Of a DNA stretch of 64,000 nucleotides, positions 49,600-64,000 are shown piece after piece. The stretch comes from the human T2T-CHM13v2.0 reference genome, Homo sapiens. The notes below the pieces were generated by a model, which saw only the letters and a program-made list of their open reading frames with translations, was not told where the DNA came from and ran no database searches. The stretch lies in assembly GCF_009914755.1 (NCBI RefSeq), contig NC_060934.1, one strand, 5' to 3'. A program made the position numbers and the translations under genes. The stretch's first letter is position 1. Each line of letters starts with the position of its first letter.

Positions 49600-52500
49600 T
49601 TGATAGAAATGAATAAATAATATAAAGATAATAAAGCAAATCAAAGAAATCAAACATTGGTTCTTCAAAAAGATTGGTAAAATTGACAAACCTTTAACGA
49701 AATGGACCTAGGGAGAGAGAGAAAGGGAGAGAGACAGAGAGAGGGAGAGACAAAGAGAGAGAGAAGATTCAAATTACTATAATCAGAAATAAAAGTGGGG
49801 ACATTGCTTTCAATTCTACATAAATAAAAAAGATTATAAGATTAGAGTACCATATACAAATACATGCCACAAAATTGGATAACTTAAGTATAATAAACAG
49901 ATTCCTAGAAATGTAAAACCTACCAAGATTAAAGCACAAAGAAACAGAAAATCTGAATGGACCTACAACTAGCAAAGAGATTTGATGAATAATAAAAGAT
50001 CTGCTAACAAAGTAAAGCCCTGGAACTGTCCCATTAGTGTCAGTGGTGAAGTTTGCCAAGTATGTAAAAAAGAACTAACAACAATCCTCTCAAATTTTTC
50101 CAAAAAATTGAAGACAAGGAATATTTTCTAACTTATTCAATGAGGCCAGCATTACCCTGAGACTCAAGCCAGACAAAGAGACTGCAAAAAAAACTATGAA
50201 CCTATATGCTTTATGATCGTTTATGCAAAATCCTCAACAAAATATTAGCAAAGTTATTTCAGAAGCATATTAAAAAGATTATACAACATGACCAAGTGGG
50301 ATTTTTTTCCTGGAATGCAGGAATGGTTCAACCTAGGAATATCTGTCTATGTAATGCACCACATTAACAGAACGAAGGAAAGAAAAAAACACGTGATCAC
50401 CTCAATTGATGCAGAAAAAAACATTTGATACAATTCAATATTTAATTCAGGATAAAAATACTCAACAAACCAGGAATAAAAGGAAACCACCTCAACATAA
50501 TAAAAGCCATGTATGAAAAACTCACAGCTACATTATACTCATTGGTGAAAGACTAAAAGCTTTTCTTCTAAGATCAGGAATAAGGAAAGGATGTCCATCC
50601 ATATCCATGTTTGCCACTTCTATTCGTAGTACTAGCAAAAGCAATTAATTTAAAACATAACAAAAAAGAAAATAATAGGAATAAAGAAAATGAAATAAAA
50701 GTCATACAAATTGGAAACAAAGAATTTTTATATGTAAATATCCCTTTAAGTTCTACAAAAAACCCTGTTAGAACTAAAACATGAATTCAACAAAATGTAA
50801 AGTTAAAATACAAAAATTGGTTGCATTTCTTTACATTAGCAATGAACCATCCAAAAAGGAAATTAAAAACCCAATTCTCTTGCAATAACAGAAAAAAGAA
50901 TAAAAGTCTTTAGGAATTAATCAAGATGGTGAAAGACTTGTACAATAAAAAATAAAAAACATTTCTGAAATAAATTTTTAAAAATATAGATAATGAAAAG
51001 ACATTCCATGTTCATAGATCAGAAGACGTAATATTCTTAAGATGTCAGTATCACTCAAAGTGATCTACAGATTCGATATAATCCCTGTTAAAATACCAAT
51101 CACATTTTTTAGCTGAAATAGAAAGTAAGTTCATATTGAATCTCAAAGAACCCCAAATAGACAAAATAATTCTGAAAAAGAGGAACAAAGTTGGAGGACA
51201 CACACACCCTGATTTCAAAACTTATTACAAAACTACAGTAAACAAAACAGTATGGTACTGCCAAAAAGACCAATGTATAGATCAGTGGAATAGATTACAG
51301 AGTCCAGAAATAAACCCTCACATATATGAACAAGTGATTTTTTTTTTTTTTTTTGGCAAAGGTACCAACACCATTCAATTGGTAAAATCCAGTATTTTCA
51401 ATACATGCTGCTGGGAAAACTAGATATCAACTTGCGAAAGTATGAAGTTGGACCCTTACCTAACTTCATATTCAAAAAGTAACTCAAAATCAATCCATAA
51501 ACTAAATATAAGACCTAAAACTATAAAACTCTTAGAAGAAAATATAGGACAGAAACCTTATGATGCTGTGTCTGTCAATGATTTAATGGATGACACCAAA
51601 GGCACAGGCAACAAAATAAAAAATAGACAAATTGGACTTTATGAGAGCTTTAAAATTTTTTGCATCCTAAAACACTATCAACAGAGTAAAAAGGCAACCC
51701 CAAGAAGGGGAGAAACTTTTTGCAAATTGTATATCTGATAAGGGATTGATATCCACAATATAGGAGAGAACTTCTAAAACTCAATAATAAACCAACAGCT
51801 CAATTCAAAAATAGACAAAATATTTTAATGGACATTTCTCCAAAGAAGACAAAATATTTTAATGGACATTTCTCCAATAAGCATGTGAAAAGATGTCCAA
51901 CATCACCAACATTAGGGAAATGCAAATCAAAACAATGAGATACCACCTTGCATCCATTAGATTACTACCCAAAAATAATAAAAACCAAAAACAAAACCAA
52001 ACAAAAAACCAATCCAGAAGTTAACAAGTGTTGGTGAGGATGTGGGAATCAGAACTCTTGTGCACTGTTAGGGAATGTAAAATGGCATAGCTACTGTGGA
52101 AGAGGAAAGCAATTCTTCAAAAAAATTAAAAATATAATTACCATATGCTTCGGCAATTCCAGTTTTGGGTATATACTCAAAATAATTAAAAGCAAGATCT
52201 CAAAGAGATATTTGCACACTCATGTTCATAGAAGCATTATTCACAATAGCTAAAACCTGAAAGTAACCCAATTATTCATTGACTGATGAGTGGATCAGAA
52301 AAATGTGGTGAATGCATACAATGGAATGTTATTTAGTCATAACAAGGAAAGAAATTCTGACATACACTACAAAGTGAATAAAACTTGAGGACATGGCCGG
52401 GTGCGGTTACTCACACCTGTAATCCTAGCACTTTGGGAGGCTGAGGTAGGTGGATCACCTGAGGTCAGGAGTTTGAGACCAGCATGGCCAACATGGTGAA

Positions 52501-53050
52501 ATCCCATCTCTACTAAAAATACAAAAATTAGCTGGGAGTGGTGGTGTGCATCTGTAATCCCAGCTACTCAGGAGGCTGAGGCAGGAGAATTGCTTGAACC
52601 TGGGAAGCGGAGGTTGTAGTGAGCTGAAATCGCTCGTGCCACTGCACTCCAGCCTGGGCAATAGAGCAAAACTCTGTCCAAAGGGATAAGTAAATAAATG
52701 AAAATAAATAAAATAAAAAAAAAACTTGAGGACATACTGCTCAGTGAAATAAGCCAGTCACAAAAAGAAGTAATGATATGATTAGACTTATCCGAGGTAT
52801 AGTGAATAGCCTAAATCTTAGAGACAGAAAGTAGAATGGTAGATTCCTGGGCCTGAGGGAAGAAAGGAGTGGATAATTCTTGTGTAATGGGTACAGATGT
52901 CAGTTTTGCGAGATGAAAAGAGTTTTGGACATGGATGTTGGTGATGGTTGTGCAACAATATGAAAGCACTTAATACTCCTAAGTTGTGCACTTAAAATGG
53001 TTTAGATAATAATACATTTTATGTTATGTGTATTTTATCACAATAAAGAA
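49600..53050 (+). mobile_element. L1MB-like element, ~3.1 kb of degenerate ORF2 plus 3'UTR
   Basis: ORF remnants PDFKTYYKTTVNKTVWY..IDQWNR..SPEINPHIY and MKLDPYLT..LNIRPKTIKLLEENIG. Confidence 0.88.
52395..52723 (+). mobile_element. AluSx-type inserted in the L1
   Basis: TSD aaaacttgaggacat. Confidence 0.9.
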
Positions 53051-53059
53051 AAAGTAGGG

Positions 53060-53450
53060 GGAAAAGCAAATAAGAAGAGGGCTTGATATACCACTGCTGG
53101 TTTAAAGATGTAAGGAGCCACATGAAAAGATATGACAGGTGGGCTTAAGGAGATGAAAGAAATCCTCAGCAGACAGGCAGCAAATAAAACAAGGATCTCA
53201 GTCTTGCAGCCACAAGAAACTGAATTCTGCCAACCATCTAAATGAGAATAAGCCAGGAAGATTTCCCCCCACAGCCTCCAGATAGAGCCATCGTACCTTG
53301 TACTTTTATTACTACCTTATGAGACCCTAAGCAGACAGCCATGCCATGTCATCCTAGACATCTGACCTACAGAAACTAAGAGATAATAAATGAGTGTTGC
53401 AAGTCCCTAGGTTTGTGGTTGTTTGTTACATAGCAAGAGAAAACTAATAG
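53060..53450 (+). mobile_element. MLT1 (MaLR) LTR, 3' half
   Basis: aactgaattctgccaac...ctgacctacagaaact..gagataataaat...tttgttacatagcaa..gaaaactaata. Confidence 0.75.
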
Positions 53451-53952
53451 AAACTAAAATAAAACAAATGCCCTGGGTATCAATAGAAAACAAATGCACT
53501 GGCAGTTACTTTCTTTCAAGACTCTAAAGATAACATTCCTTTTCCTTCTGGTTTCTATTGCATCTATTAAAGAGGTCTAATAATTATTCTTTGAAGGTGA
53601 TTTATGCTTTTTTTTTCCAGCTGCTTTTAACATTTTTCTCTCTGGCACAGATTTTTGGCAGTTTGGCTAGGGTGTGCCTATGTGGGTTTTCTTTGTATTT
53701 GTTCTTTTGTGCTCACAGGGATCCTTGAAATATAGCTTTATATTCTTTTCAGTTTTGAAATTTATTAGACAGATTTTTCAAATATTTCTTCAGTTCCTGG
53801 AAATACTGTATGCCCCACAATGAGTTCTGAAAGAAGGCCAACATTATTTCAACAAACGATCAACAATATAATTGTAAGAGGGAATGGGAAGTAGTGATAA
53901 AATAACTTACAACATCAGGCATACATAGTCATGAAATAAGATGGAACTATCA

Positions 53953-54253
<301 letters not shown>

Positions 54254-55567
54254 ATGGAATTATTAAATTGTGCTACAAGACATGGGAATATTAATGCAAT
54301 TGCACTTGATTTGGGTTGTAAAAATGAGTAGCGTTAATATAAATAATTCCTTATATCCTGGAGAGCAGGTTATCTTGGGTAATAAGAGTTCCCTGTGAAT
54401 TTTAAGCAAGCAACTTGAGTTTTAGCTTAAAATATTCATATTTTGGCTCTTTAGGTAATTGAGCTTTTGTCAAGAAGTATAAAACATTTGAGATCATTAG
54501 CTTAGTCTGGGGGAAAAAAAATATATATATATATACACACACATATATATAATGCAAAGACAATATAAATAAACATTTAACATGACAGAAAAAAATCACA
54601 TTATTTTAAAAATACATCACTGATTTCTGCCTACCCCCAGAGAAAAAATAGTAGGGTCTTTTACGAATCATACATTTTGTTCATCTACATTACTATAGTA
54701 TACTGTTAATGTGATTATCTAAAAAAATTATATTATTTGTCTAATAACAACCCACCTCATATCACCATAGTACTAACAATCTTCTCATAAATATAAGCAT
54801 AGTAGTGGGTACTGTTATTAACATGAGCTGACTAATACAATTTCACGTTTCAAACGCAATTGTGGGTGCTCCTTAGACACCCTGATGTGCCTAAGTTATA
54901 TTTACTTTTAAACATAAACATAAAGAAAATAAACGTAGGTTATTTGTAAGACTGTAAAAATTTAGTATGAATTAATACACAGTTATTGATTGTATTTTTG
55001 TAATATTTTTCATAGCCTATTGAGTCCTCTTTAAGGACTCTCGAGTTACAAGAGTTCCTGGTGAGACTCATTTATCCAGTAACAACAAAACGTTCTCTTC
55101 TTTTTCACTGTCAGTCTTTAGTGCTACTCAGGCAGCCTTGATTTCTTCATTATTCCCAGTTTCTAAAATACAATTTCCATAATGACACTGTCAGTCTATT
55201 ACCATACACGAGCTGTCTGGACACTTCTATACTTTCTGCTTGTGAACTAGATCCCATCCTTTCTTTACTATTCAATGGTGTCTCTCCAGCAAAGCCCACC
55301 ACTTTTTCCTTGTCTGCTGTGTCTTCCCCATGAGCCTAAATAAACATGCTGTTCAATTCTCTTGACCCCATTTTATATGACAGCTTTCCACCTCATTTCT
55401 CAGTTTTCCTTGATAAAGTCTTAGAAAGATGTTGTCAAAAGTTATTCTCTCCTCCAAAATTTACTTAAATTCTCTCCATTCAGGCTTTTTCCCCTGTAAT
55501 CAGGACCCACAAGGGCCTTATATTGTTACATCTAAAAGTCAATTCTTAGCCCTCATCCTGATTTATA

Positions 55568-55902
55568 CAGTAGTCCACCCTTATCTGCAGTTTTGCCTTC
55601 CACAGTCAATCTCAGTCTGAAAATATAAAATGGAAAATTCCAGAAATACATTCACAAGTTTTAAATTGCACTCCATTCTGAGTAGTGTGATGAAATCTCA
55701 CGCTGTCCTTATCTGTCCTGCCCAGGATGTGGAATCATCCTTTTGTCCAGTGTATTCAGGCGGTCTGTGACCCCACTGCCTGTTAGCCAACTTGATTATC
55801 AGATAGAAAAGCAGCGTACATAGTGTTCAGGATAATCCAGAGCTTCAGCCATCTACTAGGGGGTCTTGGAAAATATCTCTTGTAAATAAATGGGGATTAC
55901 TA
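55568..55902. mobile_element. Tigger2/MER8-family MITE
   Basis: TIR-like cagtagtccacccttatc ... taaatggggattact; internal aaatggaaaattccagaaat. Confidence 0.75.
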
Positions 55903-57612
55903 AAAGCAATATTTGCAGGTAACCACATTTTCCATTTCCTGAAAACATTTTATTCACTTGGCTTTCAAGATGGCAAATTCCCTAGGTTTTCCTCAGCTTC
56001 CTTGATTGTTCCTTCTCATCTTTGCTTCTTTTTCTTTCTGGCTCTGACGTCTAGACCTTAGATCTTTTATCTTCACTACTGTAGAAAACTCATCTAGTCT
56101 CCAGCTTTAAATGCCGTTGATATGATCGTGTCTCCCAAATTTATATCTCTAGTTTAAACCTCTTCCTTGAACTCCAGACTCAGATCTAACTCTCTATTAG
56201 ACATCTTCCCCTGGATGTTTAATTGGGATCTTAAATTTTTCATACCCACCTGCAAGCTTCTGAGACTTTCCTCCAAACACAGTCTTAGAGTATGTCCGGG
56301 GTTAGAAATGACAACACCATTCTTCAGTTGCTACAGGTAAAAACTTTGTACTCATCTTTAACTCCACCCTTTTCCTTATACTCCACATCCAGTCCACAAA
56401 GCATAGCTGAATGTGGCTAGAGATGGAAAAACAAAAACAAACAAACAAGCAAAAACCCAGTGACACCTGTTCTCACTTTACATTGGGGATTGCTGCCCTA
56501 AAGTGTGTTCTCGGTGCTACCCAGCAAGCACATGCAATTTCCCCAGTCCATTCCTTCCCCCGCCCTCCTCAATGAATAACACATTTTTCTTCCGTCTTCT
56601 TTGACATCTGTCTTCCACTTCCCTATTCCTAGCCTCAACTGATGATCTGACATACTATTTCACTGAAAAAATAGAAACAACCAGAAAAGAACTTTTAGAA
56701 GTTCCAGCACCACTTCTACCCACTTGTAAAGTCAGTCTTTTCTCCTGTACCCGAAGTAAACTGTCCGTGTTTCTTTTATGTAGAACCCCTCTCTATTTGC
56801 CTGTTCAACAGCATTACTCCTGAAAGTTCTTCTGTCTACCAGTCTTTTCTATAAGAAAGAAAAAAAAGTTTTTACCTCTCACATCTTAAAAATATCTTCT
56901 CTTGATCTAATTTCTCCTTCCTGCTAACATACCATTTTTCTCTCATTTCCTTTACATTTTCCTCCTTTCTTTTATATTACTCAAAAGAATTCACTGTATT
57001 CACTTTCTTTAAACTTTCTCTTCTGAATCTCTTTTTAACTCAGTCCAGTGAGGCTCTGGCTGTCACCATTCAACAGAAACTGTTCTTATCCAAGCTACCA
57101 GTGACCTAGATCCAGTGACCTATTCTCAATCTTCATTTGACACAGATGGTATCACCCTCCTCCTTCAAATACTTAAACTTGACTTGGCTCTCATGGCATG
57201 GGGCACCACTCTTTTTTTTTTTTTTTTTTTTTTCTCCTATTTTTATGCCTTCTTTTTGTCACTTAGATAATTTTCTAATTTATATCTCCAGCCTAACCTC
57301 CTCATGTGAACTCTGGATTCATACATACAGCTCTTGACCTGACATGATCACTTGAATACCTAATAGGAACAGCAAGTGCAACATGTCCAAAATTGAGATT
57401 CTGTTTCCCTCAACCACCTCCAAACCTGCCTCCCCACAGTCTTCCCCACTTCATAAATGGTACCTCCATGGTTCCAAATGCTTAGGTTAAAGACTTTGAA
57501 ATCATTAACTTCTGTTTTTCTCATACTACACCTTTGATATCAATTAATCCTGTCATGTCTGCTTTCAAAGTATCTCCACAATGGCTAATTTTTTTCTTCA
57601 TTGCTACCACCC

Positions 57613-57976
57613 TGAATTAGTCTGTTTTCACACTGCTCTAAAGAACGGCCTGAGGCTGGGTAATTTATAAAGGAAAGAAGTTTAATTGACTCACGGCTCT
57701 GCATGGCTTGGGAGGCCTCAGGAAACTCACAATCATGGCAGAAGGTGAAGGGGAAGCAAGGCACGTCTTATATGGTGGCAGGAGAGAGAGAGAATGAAAG
57801 GAGAAGCACAACTTTTAAACCATCAGCTCTCATGAGAATTCACTCACTATAACGAGAACAGCATGGGGGAAATCACCCCCATGATCCAATCTTGTCCCCC
57901 CAGGTCCCTCCCTCAACACGTGAGAATTACAATTCAAGATGAGATTTTGGTGGGAACACAGAGCCAAACCATATCA
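57613..57976 (-). mobile_element. THE1 (D-like) solo LTR
   Basis: TG...CA ends; reverse complement begins tgatatggtttggctctgtg; 5-bp TSD caccc/cacct. Confidence 0.88.
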
Positions 57977-58709
57977 CACCTTGACCTCGAATTCTCATTT
58001 CTTGTCTGGATTTTTGCAGTATTCTTCCCCTTCCTTTTTTGTCCTCCACTCTCTTCAGTAAAGTCAGATGTTGTCACATCTCTGCTTAAAACATCCCAGT
58101 TGGTTCCCATCTCATTCAAAATCATAGCCAAAAAAATTGAAGTGACTGTCTAATATAATATCTTCTTATTCTACCCTCACTCATTGTCCTTGTGACACCC
58201 TGGTCTCTGAATACATCTGAAACATGAGAAGCATGCTATGGCCTCAAGGCTTTGTCCCTGTGATTCCCTCAGTGGTGGGTGTCCTTTACCGGCATAGCTC
58301 CACAACTTGCTTCCTCACCTACCTCCTTCAGCCATTTACCCAGTTGCCAACTTTTCTATAAAGTCTTCCTTGATCATTGATAAAATTACAGCCCTTTGCT
58401 CTAACATTTTCAATATTCTTCCTTATTTTATTTTTTATTAGCCCTTTTACCATTACTTATTTATCTTGTGTTTTTATTGTTATCTCCACTAATGTCCACA
58501 CCCCCCTGGCTTTCATATGTAAAATCCATGAGGACAGAGGTTTTCTTTCTTTTCCCTGCTGTGCTCTTAGACTTTATACTTGTGCAGACATATAGCATGT
58601 ATTTGCTAAGTTTTTGTCGAATGAATGAATAATGAATGAATGAGCACATAGTGGTTTTTACTCTCATGATTGCTTACTTGCTTATGAATTTCCCACACTA
58701 GAGTCTAAG

Positions 58710-58789
58710 CTTTCTTTTTTTCTTTTTTTGAGACGGAGTCTCTGTCGCCCAGGCTGTAGTGCAGTGGCATGATCTCGGCTCACTGCAAA
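58710..58789 (-). mobile_element. Short 3' Alu fragment
   Basis: poly(T) followed by gagacggagtc...ctcactgcaa only. Confidence 0.8.
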
Positions 58790-58828
58790 GTGGTAGTATA
58801 CATAGATATTTAATATAGCGTCAAGTAT

Positions 58829-59342
58829 TGTGAAGGATCTAAAATTTTACCTGACTGATAAGGAAACAAGTTAGCCTGCCATTGTTTCATGGATGCTGAC
58901 ACAAGAGGTGAGATTCCTGTGTCACAGACAGATGACTTTATTACTAATGGTATAGCAAATGTTGTGAGCAACATATTTGCATTGGTTCTTCTTGCTCTCC
59001 ATGTCCCCTGAGAAAGGGACCAACAGAGAGGTGCCCAGGTAGATAGATGTACACATGAAGCAGGCTTGTATCACCGCTAAAGAGGCCTAAACTTATGGAA
59101 CTAAAATCTTTTATGATGGGCTGCAAATAAACTTGTCTGACCTTTTCTTTAGAAGGAGACATTATCTTTATTCTACAGGATAATAACTTGCCTTCTGTTG
59201 TAGAGGGAGTCACTATCTGTCTTTCATAGCTCTACTATTTAAATATCCTTGAAAGGATAGCCTGGAACAAAGGGGCAGTTAACGGCCCTGCTCATAACCT
59301 GTGCAGAAGCATAAGAGACCCATGAGGAATTGTCTACCAATA
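58829..59342 (-). mobile_element. ERV1-class solo LTR (MER34-like)
   Basis: tgtgaaggatct..attttacc...caagttagcctgcca...gagacccatgaggaattgtct; family name recalled from memory. Confidence 0.55.
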
Positions 59343-60199
59343 ATAACTCTACATTGTCTAGATCTCAGGAGACCCTTTAAGCCATGGGTAGAATAGTGTA
59401 ATTAATTATTCTTATTCCAAAGACAATAATGATTTCATTATTTATGTATTGGCATTTTTAAAAGAGTTAATTATTTCTATTCATTTATATAGACAGCTTT
59501 AAAATAATTTTATGGTACTTTTGCAAACATTCCCTTACTATTGTATATTTTATTTTAAATAATTAATGACTATTAACTATTGATGAAGTCTAGAGTTTAA
59601 TTGCTTCAACCTTATGATAACTTCAAACACATAACCATTAGAATGCATGGAAAAGCCTGAAACTCAAAAGAATTACAACGTTACAGAACCTGTTCCAAAA
59701 TAGAGAATAGAGTATTCATGCATTTGGAGTTTATAGCAAATGCTTAATCAAATAAAGGACAACCTCTATGAACCTAAGCCAACATACTAGAATACTCAAT
59801 TAACTTTTGTCCTCCTTCATGCAACTTTCAGCAGGGGCACAAAATCTAGAGGAAAAAAAAATCTTTAAAGGAACAAGAAGAGTCAATGTGGTGGACTTAA
59901 CAGCGATTATTATTGTATGGTGTAACACCTATTTCCGGAATGTGTCCCGTGGTCATACATGTTTTGATTTTGTATCATCTTCCATTAAAAACACATAGCA
60001 TAATGCTTGGTATAGAATAGCTGTTTAAAAATTGTTACAATTATTAATGATTTAACTTAATAGAAGCTGTATAATTTTTAAGAGGATAGCCTTTGCCATC
60101 AGGTTTGGGTTAGAATCATGACAATAATAATGAGCACTGAAAAATTACATGTCACTCCTCTTTCAACCTCATATTTCTCATATCTAAAATAAGGACACG

Positions 60200-60828
<629 letters not shown>

Positions 60829-62454
60829 CAGGGACAATAATATTTTCTTTGATATTTCATGAGGAATAAATAAGATGATGTATGTATTAACAGATGTTTT
60901 TCACTCTACATTTATGTTCTTTCTGGTTCATGTCTTTCTGTAAGTCACAATGGCAGCTCTAGGTTTTAACTTTTTAAAATTACTACTCACATGCTCAGCC
61001 TTTGTTATGTTTTTGTTTTATTTTGTTTTTCTCACTCAACATGTGCATCTTGCCTCTGTGGCTAATACCAGAAGGAGTTCAACTGTTCAAAGTTCAACCA
61101 CATGATGCGTTAGGAGGTATTTCCTCCTATGAATGTTTAAATCCTTATGTGAGGCCCAAATTACCAGCTCAGACTTCAGACTTCTTTTTTGTACACTTCA
61201 TGTTTATTCCTTACCAACAAACCTCGGTAGAATCATACTGAACCATCAGAGAAGTTCTAAGACAGTGAATCTGAAATAAGAAAGAATCTGATTCTGGGCT
61301 TTTTTTTTCTCCCTCCCTGCTTGAGGTTTTTTTTTTTTTTTTTTTTTTTTTTGGCTTCTACATAAATTCGTCTTCTTTTATCTCAATGAAGAGCTCAAAA
61401 AAATGACAGGGATGGACCTGTGAGCCAACCCAGCAAGTATCCCCTGACGCCTTTTCTCCAGGGGCAACTGCTGTGATGATATTTACATAATTAATAGAAG
61501 CCATTTAGGTAATTTTTCTCACAGCAACTAAAAGCTGCTGTAGAATCATTAGCTTTTTAATCTATAGCCATAGTACAGACAGGCATAATTTTTATTAAAT
61601 AGAAATTTTGTGTCAATGGGCATCCTGTTATGCCTGTAACAGCCCCTAGCACAAAGCTTGCTATACACTAAACCCAGAGTAAATGCTAATTGCAATTATT
61701 ATTGCAAAAATGAGGATTCCGTTGATGATAACTGAGAAAGTCAATAATGCTTCAGAAACAGTGAAAAATCCTAGGATCTCAATTTTTAAAACATATCCAG
61801 GCTATTTCTCCTTTTCTAACTTAGAAATTTTATATATGTATACATGTGTGTTGACATATACACATATATATTTATATATTCAATTAATGGCTAACTAGAA
61901 GACTAATTTAATTGATTATTACATTTATGATCAATCAAGGGGAGTTTTTAAATCTATAGGAATAAAGAATACTAGAAAAGCACATCTGAATTTTAACAGC
62001 ATAATTATCTGTTGAAAATCATTATCTTTGAAGAGTCTTATCTAAGAGGACTACAAAGTCACTGCAATGATTTCTTAAATTTTACTACCATTCGAATATT
62101 CACTTATTTCTATAGCAATATCTCCCTGGATAACAGATAATAAGGTTCCCCTTCCAGGTAGCTATGGGAGATAGATATTATACATTAATAATAACCTGCT
62201 TTCTCCCCGTATTTACATAACAATAACTCCTAGATCCAGTTCCCTGAATTGTCTGAAATAAGAATCAAAAGCATTTGCTTCCCAGGTATTGAAATGACAT
62301 CTAGACACTTTGAAAACCCTGGACTCTATGTATATTTATGTGTTGTTTGCATATTATGTACTTATGGAGATAGCTTTTAATCCTGTGAAGACAAATATCC
62401 TTTGCATTTTATTTCTAACTTGTATTATTTACTGTTATTATCTTTAATTTTTGA

Positions 62455-62793
<339 letters not shown>

Positions 62794-63529
62794 TGAGAAA
62801 ACTTTACTCTAAATATAGTAAAGCTTCTTTCATTTCGCTTGTTTCTAATTGTCTTTATATACTGAAGTATAGCTATCTCTTGCATATTAAGTGTAGATGT
62901 GACATTTTTAAAGTATTTATTTTTAGATATATAGATGTATTTATACATTCCCTCTGATTCTGATAAGATTCAGAACTACTCTGCTGGCCAAATTTGGGCC
63001 AGGAAATTTGATAGAAAGCAAATATGGTTTTGAAATTAGATATTTCATAGAAAGTATAAAAAACTTATAAGTTGTTTGTAATATTATTACCTCACATTCT
63101 TCTCCCTGTAGAAGAGGCATTTTCAGGATTCAAAATGATATTTTTATCATTGGGTTAAAATGCTCTTACAATTAGGTTAAATTCCCTATAATTTTATTAT
63201 TACATTAAAATGCCCTTATAATTTTAAATTTTGTAATCTCATTTAGTGATTTAGTTTACACTTTTTTCCCTAAACTCATTGTTTACTTCCTAATTTATTT
63301 TACAAGGGTGTGTCTATGCGTTTTATTGCTATATTCCTTGATAAAAATAGCCAATGGCTAAGAATTTCAGTGTAATCATCATCAGTGAAAATGAACTTCA
63401 TTTTGCGTTGGTCTGTGTAGTAACAGCTGAATGTTCACACCAAGCAAATTCAGATTATACCTTTTTGCTTTACTTTTTTTTTCAATCTAATGACAGTTAA
63501 CACTTATTGTCAACAGTTGCGGAAAGAAT

Positions 63530-63750
63530 CTTAGCCTAGGAGTCACAATATTTGGATTACGTTCCCACCCTACAACTTCCTAAATATTTGACCTTGGTTA
63601 CATTAATAACTTCTCTCAACCTCTCTGTCTTCTTTTGTAAAATAACAACAACAATAATACCTTCCTATATGGCTGTTTGTGAAAGTTAGATATATATATT
63701 CCACACAGGGTCTATTACATAAAGTGTTCTATAACTATCAGCTGTATTAT
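63530..63750 (+). mobile_element. MIR
   Basis: tgaccttggt...aacttctctcaacctct..tc...tgtaaaat. Confidence 0.6.
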
Positions 63751-64000
63751 TACATTACTAACATTATGATTTCCCTTTCTTTTTCTTTCTCTTCTTCCTT
63801 TTTTCCTCTTCATCTTCCAAAATATCTCTGTGGAATTTAACTGATTTATCTGCGTATTTATCTGAAAAATAGTTCAAATTATTTTCTGCACCAATTAGGC
63901 AATGCATATAACACTTTGTGAAATATTAAGCTCTATGAAAATCTGGGGTACACATTGTATTAAATATAGTGTATCTGGGATTCTTCACATATTAAATTGT

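Larger units (their letters stand above)
55300..58642 (+). mobile_element. Fragmented L2 with nested insertions
   Basis: Pyrimidine-rich L2-like motifs; 3' terminus gaatgaatgaat near 58620-58642. Confidence 0.6.

Overview
This is primate (very probably human) intronic genomic DNA, AT-rich and dense in repeats. Four + strand coding exons (6882-7028, 15759-15856, 26320-26493, 35889-36009) have canonical AG/GT boundaries and matching phases. They splice into 540 nt encoding one complete MAM domain ([10 protein letters not shown]...DHT...GSFIYLEA...CQVQFWYHL...LILEA...[12 protein letters not shown]), which I recognise as part of MALRD1 (DIET1/C10orf112). I found no further coding exon in the last 28 kb. 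The rest is Alu, L1, L2, MIR, LTR and DNA-transposon relics plus microsatellites. I see no convincing new multi-gene system. The most unusual structures are: (1) a 99-bp tandem duplication of an exon's 3' end that creates a second in-frame donor that is also a pyrimidine-CAG|GT recursive-type site; (2) an Alu with an L1-style 5' inversion about 77 bp upstream of the same exon; (3) a young L1HS Ta-1 insertion with a twin-priming inversion and about 1.7 kb of internal loss; (4) an AluYb8; (5) a ~300-bp, ~95% identical direct repeat of unique-looking sequence. Repeat subfamily calls come from remembered consensus motifs, not a database search, and old-repeat boundaries are approximate.
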